From contig BK006941.2 in NCBI GenBank assembly GCA_000146045.2, positions 864,001 through 928,000 of the forward strand: a stretch of DNA of 64,000 nt. Reading direction: 5' to 3'. Positions 12,669 to 23,875 of this stretch are shown piece after piece. The notes below the pieces were generated by a model, which had not been told where the DNA came from, searched no databases, and saw only the letters and a list, made by a program, of their open reading frames with translations. The position numbers and the translations under genes were made by a program. Position 1 is the first letter of the stretch. The number at the start of each line of letters is the position of its first letter. The stretch is from TPA_inf: Saccharomyces. Lineage: Eukaryota.

Positions 12669-14192
12669 TTATAGCAAGGCTAGTAAAGCTACGAGTACGG
12701 AAAAAAGTTTTCCCTCTCTTGGTAAACTCTGAGCTAAATCAGCACCGTTAGAAATTTGAACAGAGTTTGTCGAGCTGGCTTCGGAGGAAGAACTTTGGAT
12801 TGTAGATGTGTATTTGCTTGATATCTGGGTAGTAGAACTGGTCACGTCATTACTTGATGTTGCGACACCACCCTTATCTTGTACAGGACTGTCCGATGAT
12901 ACGGAAGATTGTTGAGTAGTTGGGGCAACTGTAGACCTAGTGGTAGAGGAAACAGTGGCTGGGGTCTTAGTGGAGGAAATAATGGACTCACTTGTAGAAG
13001 AGGAAGCCACTGTTTTCTTGGATGAAGAGGAGGATTGCTTTTCGAATGAACTAATGGAACTAGATGTGGTGACTGATGAGGAAGCAAGTGTTTTAGATGA
13101 AGTAGCGGTCGAAGAAGATGGAGATGTGGATGAAGAGGAAGATACAGAAGACGAAGAAGATACAGTGGAAGAAACCGAGGAAGACACAGTGGAAGAAGCC
13201 GAGGAGGACACAGTGGAAGAAACCGAGGAAGATACAGTGGAAGACGCCGAGGAAGATACAGTAGAAGAGGATGTAGAGCTGCTGGAAATACTACCACCGT
13301 TGGCTAAAACTGCGAAATCTTCTTGGGCTTGGTCATACCTGCCGTAAATAGAACCACCGTCAGCTTCAATAGATTCCCAAGAACCAGATTGGTCACCATA
13401 TGTGTACTTTTTACCGGTAGAATAATCAGTTACAATGACCTTTTCAATGTACATAGTGAATGGAGCGTCATTGTAGTTGGTTTCACCACCAGCCCATTCA
13501 ATGGTACCAGCAGCATTGTCTGGGTCACCACCGGCCCAGATACCCATCATTAGGTACATAGGAGATTGTGGGTAACCCTCACTTGATGTGTTTGATAATA
13601 CTCTGACAGACTCTCCATCGAGGTACCAAGTCGTCTTGTCCATCGCCCAATCTAAAGTGTAGTTATGAAATTTGTCGGTAGGAGTGTCGACACCGTGAAA
13701 TTCGCCTCTGTCGTATGTTGTGGTATCACCTTTAGAAAAGAAGTTAGATTGGAACTGAGTGTTGTCACCACCCACCCATTCAATATCAATTTCATCCAAA
13801 TCATCACTTTGTAAATAGAATGATGAAACAATACCGGTACCATTGGCAGCTTTTAAGATAACTTCCAATTTACCATACATGATATAAAAGTTAGACTTCA
13901 AACTTGGATTATCGTATCTTTTCGCCAGTGTCATTGACAAACCGTCTGAACCGTACTTGATTTCACCTGCGTGCTTCAAGTCGGTAAACCATTTGGATGA
14001 AGATGAGAAATCTTCGCTAAAACTAGTTGCCAAAGCTGTATCCGGCGTACAACCTGTAGTTTTTAACGGGTTACACGAAGCAGTGCTAGAAGCTGCAGTT
14101 GTACTGTCTGCAGTAGCAGTACTTTCGGCAGCCGCGAATGTAGATAATAATGAAGAGGCACTGAGTACCGTTAGTAGGTCAAGCACTTTCAT
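12669..14192 (-). CDS. CRH1: Crh1, GH16 chitin transglycosylase of the cell wall; N-terminal signal peptide, GH16 catalytic region, Ser/Thr-rich stalk with tandem repeats, hydrophobic C-terminal GPI-attachment signal
   Basis: 507-aa ORF; N-terminal hydrophobic MKVLDLLTVLSASSLLSTFAAA; GH16 motif region (EIDIEW); C-terminus ...LFSVLVALLALL; recognised sequence. Confidence 0.9.
   Translation of the reverse strand: MKVLDLLTVLSASSLLSTFAAAESTATADSTTAASSTASCNPLKTTGCTPDTALATSFSEDFSSSSKWFTDLKHAGEIKYGSDGLSMTLAKRYDNPSLKSNFYIMYGKLEVILKAANGTGIVSSFYLQSDDLDEIDIEWVGGDNTQFQSNFFSKGDTTTYDRGEFHGVDTPTDKFHNYTLDWAMDKTTWYLDGESVRVLSNTSSEGYPQSPMYLMMGIWAGGDPDNAAGTIEWAGGETNYNDAPFTMYIEKVIVTDYSTGKKYTYGDQSGSWESIEADGGSIYGRYDQAQEDFAVLANGGSISSSSTSSSTVSSSASSTVSSSVSSTVSSSASSTVSSSVSSTVSSSSSVSSSSSTSPSSSTATSSKTLASSSVTTSSSISSFEKQSSSSSKKTVASSSTSESIISSTKTPATVSSTTRSTVAPTTQQSSVSSDSPVQDKGGVATSSNDVTSSTTQISSKYTSTIQSSSSEASSTNSVQISNGADLAQSLPREGKLFSVLVALLALL
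13140..13275. repeat. Tandem ~24-bp repeat (about 5 copies) encoding SSTVSSSA/V units in the CRH1 Ser/Thr stalk
   Basis: Plus strand reads gaagaNaccgaggaagaNacagtggaa repeated; protein shows SSTVSSSASSTVSSSVSSTVSSSASSTVSSSVSSTVSSS. Confidence 0.8.
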
Positions 14193-14709
14193 GGTTTTTT
14201 GCTGTATTGAATTATTATGAATATTATATTATCTTAACCTTTCTCTTGCTATTTAGTAGAAATGTAGAATATGGAGAGGAGTAGGCAATTATTGAAAGTT
14301 CCAAAAGTGTTTCACCTTTTGTTCTTTTTCATGTTACTAACCAGCAAGTATTTATATAACATCCATTGTTGCATGAGGGAAACCAGTAACCATACGCTCT
14401 AATTATATCACATTCCCGATTCGGAAACATTGCTTCTTGATCGAGCGAAAAGAAACTGCCCTTGCAATTAATAATGTCATTTTCGTATCCCATACCACGA
14501 AAAGCAAGCCCTCAGAGGTTCTAATGCATTATAGCTCAGATCTATTTTTACTTTCCTGGAAAACGCCATCGAAATAGTCGCCAAAAAAATCGATGGGCTG
14601 GGAAAACGCGTCATCAATTCAACCGAATAAGGAAAACTAAGCCACTTCACGCGGTTCGCGATATTTGTCCAGCCTCTTTTTCCGAAAAAAAAAAAATTAA
14701 ATAATAAAA

Positions 14710-14815
14710 TGAAACGGACAGGAATTGAACCTGCAACCCTTCGATTGCAATCTTATTCCGTGGAATTTCCAAGATTTAATTGGAGTCGAAAGCTCTACCA
14801 TTGAGCCACCGCTTC
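14710..14815 (-). tRNA. tRNA-Trp (anticodon CCA) with a 34-nt intron (106 nt gene)
   Basis: Reverse complement reads GAAGCGGTGGCTCAATGGTAGAGCTTTCGACTCCAA[ttaaatcttggaaattccacggaataagattgca]ATCGAAGGGTTGCAGGTTCAATTCCTGTCCGTTTCA; exons match yeast tRNA-Trp from memory; B box GGTTCAATTCC; T-run on the transcribed strand downstream (plus-strand A-run 14687-14700). Confidence 0.92.
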
Positions 14816-15198
14816 ATCTTGAAATATCGAAGATATAACATTTTACTTGTCTGCCGAAATTCTGTGTTTGCTATAATGTTTGAATTAGAATCTCTTAAAA
14901 TAGCTACTCATACTTCTTCATAACTAATCCATTAGTGACCATATGAAGTAATCGGACGCCACACATCATTGATGTTTCACGATGGAGAATGATAACACAC
15001 TAAGTGGCATTGTGGGCAAAGTAAGTTAAACACCTATTGCTCAAATGATCAACTTGGTGTTTGCACATATACGGATGTAAGTCATGACATTGAAATCATA
15101 ATATGCTTTCATGATAATCATATGAGCATGTTTAATATTACTAATAAGGCTGTATTCTATACTTCTCTTATATAGAATAAGAAGATCTGCATTTATTC

Positions 15199-15510
15199 TT
15201 GATTGACACTACAGTTCAACAATTAATTACCAACAGAATTAATTACTACCTATCGTTCACAAGCTACTACGTTATCATACACAATGTAAAAATATGACAC
15301 AAAAATGGAAAACCGTCATCAGATTTAATGGGGCTGAAACACAAGAATTCATAATGTGATAGAATAATGGGTGAAGTGTATAAAGAAGAATATATAATAT
15401 TACTGTGTAGAAATATCAATTTCCCTTTGTGAGTTCTCATAACCTCGAGGAGAAGTTTTTTTACCCCTCTCCACAGATCGATACTTATCATTAAGAAAAT
15501 GGGACACCAA
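15199..15510 (+). mobile_element. Degenerate delta-like LTR (old Ty1/Ty2-family solo LTR), upstream of tRNA-Trp
   Basis: Diverged but alignable by eye to delta consensus: GTCATCAGATTTAATGGGGCTGAAACACAAGAATTCATAATGTGATAG ... TGTGTAGAAATATCAATTTCCCTTTGTGAGTTCTCATAACCTCGAGGAGAAG ... AAAATGGGACACCAA (cf. TGTAGAAATATAGATTCCATTTTGAGGATTCCTATATCCTCGAGGAGAAC ... AAATGGAATCCCAACA); boundaries approximate. Confidence 0.55.
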
Positions 15511-16295
15511 GGTTACGGAAAAATCTACCCGGTCTACCTAATTACTCTCTTGGCGCACTAGTTTTCCGAAAAAAACAGGTAAATTCTTCTTTAGATAAAG
15601 ATAAATATAAAACTTCACAGCCATTCACTCACACAAACTAGTCCCTTAGGGTGCGTATAATGATCTGTACATCTTATTTCTATATATCTTACCGTGTATT
15701 TTTTCTTTTCTCAATTCTTGTTCGCAAATAAAAAGATATTCGTGTTTGTGGAAGAACACTAGTTCCGTTTTGTATTCAACCTGGAAATTTACAATAGATC
15801 TTCATCATCGTATGTCTACCATGTTAATCTCCCGTTAAACTGTTTCACGTTATCAAGATTATGTCATCTATTCCTGGGCGAACATAATTCCTTACAAAAA
15901 CATTTGTCATTACACAAGTGTAAGGGGTAATGAAAAGTAATTTTGTTACAAGTACGCAAAATTCGTTTATTTCAAGAAACACTAAGGATCGTCATTTCCC
16001 TTTCTGACCGATGTTCCTTCTTTTTGCTATTTTTTTCCCGAGTCATCTCATCGTTTTGAGTTTTTCCTAGTCCATTAAATTGTCACCTTACTCTCGGAAA
16101 AAAGAAACGACAAATGCTCCTAGTGCCGTTTTTCGAAGCTTGAAAAAAAAAATTGCAAATTATTTAATTTTGCTGCTAAGGAGTTGAAGTAGGTGCATTC
16201 CGCCTTATTGATCACCCTGTTAGATTTGTTGCGATCGTTATAGTGCTAGTTTGTCCATTGTTGTGTCATAAAAGATAGCTTTGGGAGAAAATTCA

Positions 16296-16886
16296 TCAAA
16301 ACAACATATCATCAGCGTTATTACAATTCATTGTCCTTCCCAAGTTTTTTTGACGTATAATATTATCGCTATCTGACTCATTAGTACACAAATACAGATA
16401 TACAACCTCAAAATCAAAAATGCCTAGAAACCCATTGAAAAAGGAATATTGGGCAGATGTAGTTGACGGATTCAAGCCGGCTACTTCTCCAGCCTTCGAG
16501 AATGAAAAAGAATCTACTACATTTGTTACCGAACTAACTTCCAAAACCGATTCTGCATTTCCATTAAGTAGCAAGGATTCACCTGGCATAAACCAAACCA
16601 CAAACGATATTACCTCTTCAGATCGCTTCCGTCGTAATGAAGACACAGAGCAGGAAGACATCAACAACACCAACCTGAGTAAAGATCTATCCGTGAGACA
16701 TCTTTTAACTCTAGCTGTCGGGGGTGCAATAGGTACTGGTTTATATGTGAATACGGGTGCTGCTTTATCTACAGGTGGTCCGGCCAGTTTAGTTATTGAT
16801 TGGGTTATTATCAGTACATGTCTTTTTACTGTGATTAACTCTCTTGGTGAGCTGTCCGCTGCTTTTCCCGTTGTTGGTGGGTTCAA
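16296..16886 (-). CDS. Dubious antisense ORF overlapping the HIP1 5' end (corresponds to YGR190C); very unlikely to encode a protein
   Basis: 196-aa ORF in track wholly or largely antisense to the HIP1 N-terminal coding region; no recognisable domain; typical shadow ORF. Confidence 0.12.
   Translation of the reverse strand: MNPPTTGKAADSSPRELITVKRHVLIITQSITKLAGPPVDKAAPVFTYKPVPIAPPTARVKRCLTDRSLLRLVLLMSSCSVSSLRRKRSEEVISFVVWFMPGESLLLNGNAESVLEVSSVTNVVDSFSFSKAGEVAGLNPSTTSAQYSFFNGFLGIFDFEVVYLYLCTNESDSDNIIRQKNLGRTMNCNNADDMLF
16374..16380 (+). promoter_or_regulatory. HIP1: Gcn4-type TGACTCA element ~40 bp upstream of HIP1 ATG
   Basis: Exact TGACTCA seen in sequence. Confidence 0.4.
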
Positions 16887-18231
16887 TGTTTACAGTATGC
16901 GTTTTATTGAGCCTTCATTTGCATTCGCAGTGAACTTAAACTATTTAGCACAATGGCTAGTTCTTCTACCCTTGGAATTAGTGGCCGCATCTATTACTAT
17001 AAAATACTGGAATGATAAAATTAATTCCGACGCCTGGGTTGCTATCTTTTATGCCACCATTGCACTGGCTAATATGTTGGATGTTAAGTCATTTGGTGAG
17101 ACCGAATTTGTATTGTCCATGATTAAAATCCTCTCCATCATTGGCTTTACTATCTTAGGTATTGTTTTGTCCTGTGGTGGTGGGCCTCACGGCGGTTACA
17201 TTGGTGGTAAATACTGGCATGACCCAGGCGCTTTTGTAGGGCACAGCTCGGGAACTCAGTTTAAAGGTTTATGTTCAGTTTTTGTTACCGCTGCCTTTTC
17301 TTATTCCGGTATTGAAATGACTGCTGTCTCCGCTGCTGAAAGTAAAAATCCAAGAGAAACCATTCCCAAGGCAGCAAAGAGAACTTTTTGGCTGATTACC
17401 GCCTCTTATGTGACTATATTGACTTTGATTGGTTGCTTGGTTCCATCCAATGACCCTAGGTTACTAAACGGTTCAAGTTCAGTGGACGCTGCCTCATCTC
17501 CTCTGGTTATCGCAATTGAAAACGGGGGTATTAAAGGTCTACCATCATTAATGAACGCCATTATTTTGATTGCTGTTGTTTCCGTGGCTAACAGTGCTGT
17601 TTATGCATGTTCAAGGTGTATGGTCGCCATGGCTCATATTGGTAATTTACCAAAATTTTTGAACCGTGTTGACAAAAGGGGTAGACCAATGAATGCTATC
17701 TTGTTAACTTTGTTTTTTGGTTTGCTTTCCTTTGTGGCAGCAAGTGATAAGCAAGCTGAAGTCTTTACATGGTTGAGTGCCTTATCTGGTTTATCGACAA
17801 TTTTCTGCTGGATGGCCATTAATCTTTCCCATATTAGATTTCGCCAAGCCATGAAAGTTCAAGAAAGGTCTTTAGACGAATTACCCTTCATTTCTCAAAC
17901 TGGCGTCAAGGGATCCTGGTATGGTTTTATCGTTTTATTTCTGGTTCTTATAGCATCGTTTTGGACTTCTCTGTTCCCATTAGGCGGTTCAGGAGCCAGC
18001 GCAGAATCATTCTTTGAAGGATACTTATCCTTTCCAATTTTGATTGTCTGTTACGTTGGACATAAACTGTATACTAGAAATTGGACTTTGATGGTGAAAC
18101 TAGAAGATATGGATCTTGATACCGGCAGAAAACAAGTAGATTTGACTCTTCGTAGGGAAGAAATGAGGATTGAGCGAGAAACATTAGCAAAAAGATCCTT
18201 CGTAACAAGATTTTTACATTTCTGGTGTTGA
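16420..18231 (+). CDS. HIP1: High-affinity histidine permease, APC-family amino-acid transporter (12 TM)
   Basis: 603-aa ORF; multiple hydrophobic TM segments; amino-acid permease family similarity; recognised sequence. Confidence 0.92.
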   Translation: MPRNPLKKEYWADVVDGFKPATSPAFENEKESTTFVTELTSKTDSAFPLSSKDSPGINQTTNDITSSDRFRRNEDTEQEDINNTNLSKDLSVRHLLTLAVGGAIGTGLYVNTGAALSTGGPASLVIDWVIISTCLFTVINSLGELSAAFPVVGGFNVYSMRFIEPSFAFAVNLNYLAQWLVLLPLELVAASITIKYWNDKINSDAWVAIFYATIALANMLDVKSFGETEFVLSMIKILSIIGFTILGIVLSCGGGPHGGYIGGKYWHDPGAFVGHSSGTQFKGLCSVFVTAAFSYSGIEMTAVSAAESKNPRETIPKAAKRTFWLITASYVTILTLIGCLVPSNDPRLLNGSSSVDAASSPLVIAIENGGIKGLPSLMNAIILIAVVSVANSAVYACSRCMVAMAHIGNLPKFLNRVDKRGRPMNAILLTLFFGLLSFVAASDKQAEVFTWLSALSGLSTIFCWMAINLSHIRFRQAMKVQERSLDELPFISQTGVKGSWYGFIVLFLVLIASFWTSLFPLGGSGASAESFFEGYLSFPILIVCYVGHKLYTRNWTLMVKLEDMDLDTGRKQVDLTLRREEMRIERETLAKRSFVTRFLHFWC

Positions 18232-18811
18232 AGGGAAAGATATGAGCTATACAGCGGAATTTCCATATCACTCAGATTTTGTTATCTAATTTTTTCCTTC
18301 CCACGTCCGCGGGAATCTGTGTATATTACTGCATCTAGATATATGTTATCTTATCTTGGCGCGTACATTTAATTTTCAACGTATTCTATAAGAAATTGCG
18401 GGAGTTTTTTTCATGTAGATGATACTGACTGCACGCAAATATAGGCATGATTTATAGGCATGATTTGATGGCTGTACCGATAGGAACGCTAAGAGTAACT
18501 TCAGAATCGTTATCCTGGCGGAAAAAATTCATTTGTAAACTTTAAAAAAAAAAGCCAATATCCCCAAAATTATTAAGAGCGCCTCCATTATTAACTAAAA
18601 TTTCACTCAGCATCCACAATGTATCAGGTATCTACTACAGATATTACATGTGGCGAAAAAGACAAGAACAATGCAATAGCGCATCAAGAAAAAACACAAA
18701 GCTTTCAATCAATGAATCGAAAATGTCATTAAAATAGTATATAAATTGAAACTAAGTCATAAAGCTATAAAAAGAAAATTTATTTAAATGCAAGATTTAA
18801 AGTAAATTCAC

Positions 18812-20490
<1,679 letters not shown>

Positions 20491-20508
20491 AAAAAGCGTG
20501 TTTTTTAT

Positions 20509-21741
20509 TCAAAATGATTCTAACTCCCTTACGTAATCAAGGAATCTTTTTGCCTTGGCCTCCGCGTCATTAAACTTCTTGTTGTTGACGCTAACATTCA
20601 ACGCTAGTATATATTCGTTTTTTTCAGGTAAGTTCTTTTCAACGGGTCTTACTGATGAGGCAGTCGCGTCTGAACCTGTTAAGAGGTCAAATATGTCTTC
20701 TTGACCGTACGTGTCTTGCATGTTATTAGCTTTGGGAATTTGCATCAAGTCATAGGAAAATTTAAATCTTGGCTCTCTTGGGCTCAAGGTGACAAGGTCC
20801 TCGAAAATAGGGTCAAAGTATTTCGAATTTGTGTCCATTAGTGGTGTTCCGTGTGAGAACTGGTAAGCTTCTTTCATGAAAGAGTTCAATGATTCACTCA
20901 GTTTGTCAAACGGAATAGAGGCGGGAGCATGGAACACTAATTGCTCTTCAAATTCTACAGGAGTAATCTTTGGCTTGTCGGCAGCTTTTGTTTGAGCTTG
21001 CTCGGCTATTTTTGGTTTGAGCTGTATAGGTTTAATGTTCGATAAATCGAGACGTTCGTTCTTCTTGATAAATTCTGTTACCTTGTTAACCGAATCTTGT
21101 GGTATTTTCCCTAGGTATGCTAGCACATCACCCTTTAATAGTCTACCGTTGGAACCAGATGGCGCAATTTCCTTCAAAGCCTTTTGTTTGGATATATTGT
21201 TCTCAGCCAGTAGTAATGACACGGATGGTAATAGCGTCTGTTCAAGATTGGCTTGGCTGCCGTCAACGGTTTTTATTGGTGTAACTGTGGCTTTTTTTAA
21301 ATGTTGTTGTGTTGCTTCAGTACTATCTGCGGATGGCTTCTTAATTTCAATAGATTTCGCATTTGCGGTGTTGGCCTCTTGGGGTAACTTTATAGTAGCT
21401 AAATCATCATCAACATCAGCAATATAAGCAATAGGTTCACCAACATCAACATCTTTAGAGCCTTCATCTTTCAGGATCTTAGCTAGTTTACCATCGTCCA
21501 GTGCTTCCACATCAATTTGAGATTTATCTGTTTCCACTTCTAATATCACATCGCCCGCGCTGAATGGTTCGCCAACTTTATATTTCCAAGACACAATCCC
21601 CCCTTTCTCCATAGTAGGAGACATTGCAGGCATTGAAAATGTCTTTACAGCAAGTAATTTAGCTGATGCATGATAGTTGCATTTGGTTAAATATCTTGTA
21701 CATGATTTTAAAGTGGAGACTTTGGAAATTGCACTTAGCAT
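20509..21741 (-). CDS. PDX1: Pyruvate dehydrogenase complex protein X (E3-binding protein) with N-terminal mitochondrial presequence and lipoyl domain
   Basis: 410-aa ORF; lipoyl-attachment motif EVETDKSQIDVEA; recognised sequence. Confidence 0.9.
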   Translation of the reverse strand: MLSAISKVSTLKSCTRYLTKCNYHASAKLLAVKTFSMPAMSPTMEKGGIVSWKYKVGEPFSAGDVILEVETDKSQIDVEALDDGKLAKILKDEGSKDVDVGEPIAYIADVDDDLATIKLPQEANTANAKSIEIKKPSADSTEATQQHLKKATVTPIKTVDGSQANLEQTLLPSVSLLLAENNISKQKALKEIAPSGSNGRLLKGDVLAYLGKIPQDSVNKVTEFIKKNERLDLSNIKPIQLKPKIAEQAQTKAADKPKITPVEFEEQLVFHAPASIPFDKLSESLNSFMKEAYQFSHGTPLMDTNSKYFDPIFEDLVTLSPREPRFKFSYDLMQIPKANNMQDTYGQEDIFDLLTGSDATASSVRPVEKNLPEKNEYILALNVSVNNKKFNDAEAKAKRFLDYVRELESF

Positions 21742-22072
21742 TTTTGAATTTTTCCCTCGAGATGATTTAACAATAACCTAGCTCTTTCAATGCTCTCTTA
21801 TATTCTCACTGGAAAGCGCTAATTTGATTTGTCTCTCTCGTTGCTGGTCGCTCACCCTTTCATAAATTGTTTTTTACTCTTCATTTATTGATTTTACTTT
21901 TTGTCATTTTCCGAACGGGGAACAAAATGATGACTACTTGCTACAGTATACGAAACATACAAGGGCATTGTCATGTGCACGCATAATAACGGTGATATAT
22001 ATATATGTATGTATATTATGTGTCTGTGTTTGTGTGTACTTGTCAGGGCATGATAAATTATTCAAACATATT

Positions 22073-23875
22073 TTAGATGAGAGTCTTTTCCAGTTCGCTT
22101 AAGGGGACAATCTTGGAATTATAGCGATCCCAATTTTCATTATCCACATCGGATATGCTTTCCATTACATGCCATGGAAAATTGTCATTCAGAAATTTAT
22201 CAAAAGGAACTGCAATTTTATTAGAGTCATATAACAATGACCACATGGCCTTATAACAACCACCAAGGGCACATGAGTTTGGTGTTTCTAGCCTAAAATT
22301 ACCCTTTGTAGCACCAATGACTTGAGCAAACTTCTTCACAATAGCATCGTTTTTAGAAGCCCCACCTACAAAAAAAGTCCTTTCTGGCCTTTTATTTAGG
22401 TAGTCCCGCAGCGGAGATTCATCGTAATCAAACTTCACGATTGTATCTTCGTTCAGTCTCTGTTGTGAGCTTGCGTTTGAATCCGAAAGCAGGGGAGATA
22501 TTCTTACCCTGCAACTTAAAGCCTGTGATTCTACAATATTTTTGGCATCGTGCCTCTTGTCTTTGAACTTGGCCACCTCTCTTTCAATCATACCCGTTTT
22601 TGGATTGAAGATAACCCTTTTGTTTATGGCTTTTACGCTAGGAACGATCTCCCCCAGAGGAAAATATACACCTAATTCATTTTCACTACTTTCTGAGTCA
22701 TCTAGCACAGCTTGATTAAAAAGAGTCCAATCGTTAGTCTTCTCATAATTATTTTCCCGTTCTTTGTTTAACTCGTCTCTTATCCTCTCCCTTGCCAAAG
22801 AACCATTACAATAACAAATCATACCCATATAATGGTTTGGCAGAGTTGGATGAATGAAAAGATGATAGTTCGGAGAGGGGTGATACTTATCGGTGACCAG
22901 AAGAACTGTAGTACTTGTTCCTAGGGAAACGAGAACGTCATTCTTCCGCAGGGGTAAAGAACATATAGTGGCTAAATTATCCCCAGTCATGGGAGAGACC
23001 TTGCAGTTTGTATTGAAACCGTACTTCTCAATAAAATATTTACAGATGGTACCCGCTATCAAATTTTTCATGGGTGCTCTCATTAATTTTTGTCTGATAG
23101 TTTTATCCTTAGAAGAACTATCAATTAGATGTAGTAGCTCATCACTGAATTTTCTTTCACGTATATCATAAAGGTTCATACCACAGGCATCTGCCTCCTC
23201 TAATTCAACAAGATGGCCCACTAAGATAGAAGTCAAAAAATTAGACACTAAAGAAATGGTCTTTGTTTTTTCGTAAGCTTCTGGTTCTAATTGTGCAATT
23301 TTCAGAATTTGAGGACCAGTAAATCTAAAATGGGCTCTGGACCCTGTTAATTGAGCCATTTTTTCAGGCCCACCTATGCACTCTTCAAACTCTTGACATT
23401 GCTTTGCAGTACTGTGGTCTTGCCAATTGGGGGCGGTTTGCCTTGCAAATGCTACAGAGCTCACGTAGTGCAATAAATCTTTTTCCGGTTTCTTATTCAA
23501 TTGCTCTAACAGAGATTCGGCTTGGGAGGACCAGTAGACAGACCCGTGCTGCTGGCAGGACCCTGAGACGGCCATAACTTTGTTCAATGGAAATTTAGCC
23601 TCGCGATATTTCGAGAGAACCAGATCTAGAGCCTCTAACCACATGGCTACGGGACATTCGATAGTGTCGCCGTGTATATAGACACCCTTCTTTGTGTGAT
23701 AATGCGGAAGATCCTTTTCAAATTCCACTGTTTCTGAATGGACAATTTTTAGGTCCTGGTTAATGGCGAGACATTTCAGTTGTTGGGTCGAAAGATCAAA
23801 CCCAAGATAGTATGAGTCTAAAGACATTGTGTTGGAAACCTCTCTTGTCTGTCTCTGAATTACTGAACACAACAT
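22073..23875 (-). CDS. XKS1: Xylulokinase (FGGY carbohydrate kinase family)
   Basis: 600-aa ORF; FGGY-family similarity (N-terminal GFDLSTQQLK..., C-terminal GGASKNDAIVKKFAQVIGA); recognised sequence. Confidence 0.9.
   Translation of the reverse strand: MLCSVIQRQTREVSNTMSLDSYYLGFDLSTQQLKCLAINQDLKIVHSETVEFEKDLPHYHTKKGVYIHGDTIECPVAMWLEALDLVLSKYREAKFPLNKVMAVSGSCQQHGSVYWSSQAESLLEQLNKKPEKDLLHYVSSVAFARQTAPNWQDHSTAKQCQEFEECIGGPEKMAQLTGSRAHFRFTGPQILKIAQLEPEAYEKTKTISLVSNFLTSILVGHLVELEEADACGMNLYDIRERKFSDELLHLIDSSSKDKTIRQKLMRAPMKNLIAGTICKYFIEKYGFNTNCKVSPMTGDNLATICSLPLRKNDVLVSLGTSTTVLLVTDKYHPSPNYHLFIHPTLPNHYMGMICYCNGSLARERIRDELNKERENNYEKTNDWTLFNQAVLDDSESSENELGVYFPLGEIVPSVKAINKRVIFNPKTGMIEREVAKFKDKRHDAKNIVESQALSCRVRISPLLSDSNASSQQRLNEDTIVKFDYDESPLRDYLNKRPERTFFVGGASKNDAIVKKFAQVIGATKGNFRLETPNSCALGGCYKAMWSLLYDSNKIAVPFDKFLNDNFPWHVMESISDVDNENWDRYNSKIVPLSELEKTLI

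Noticed and set aside
12842-13347. 151-aa minus and 135-aa plus ORFs within CRH1 repeat region
   Set aside because: Alternative-frame and antisense readings of a stop-free 24-bp tandem repeat; the in-frame reading is the CRH1 Ser/Thr stalk.
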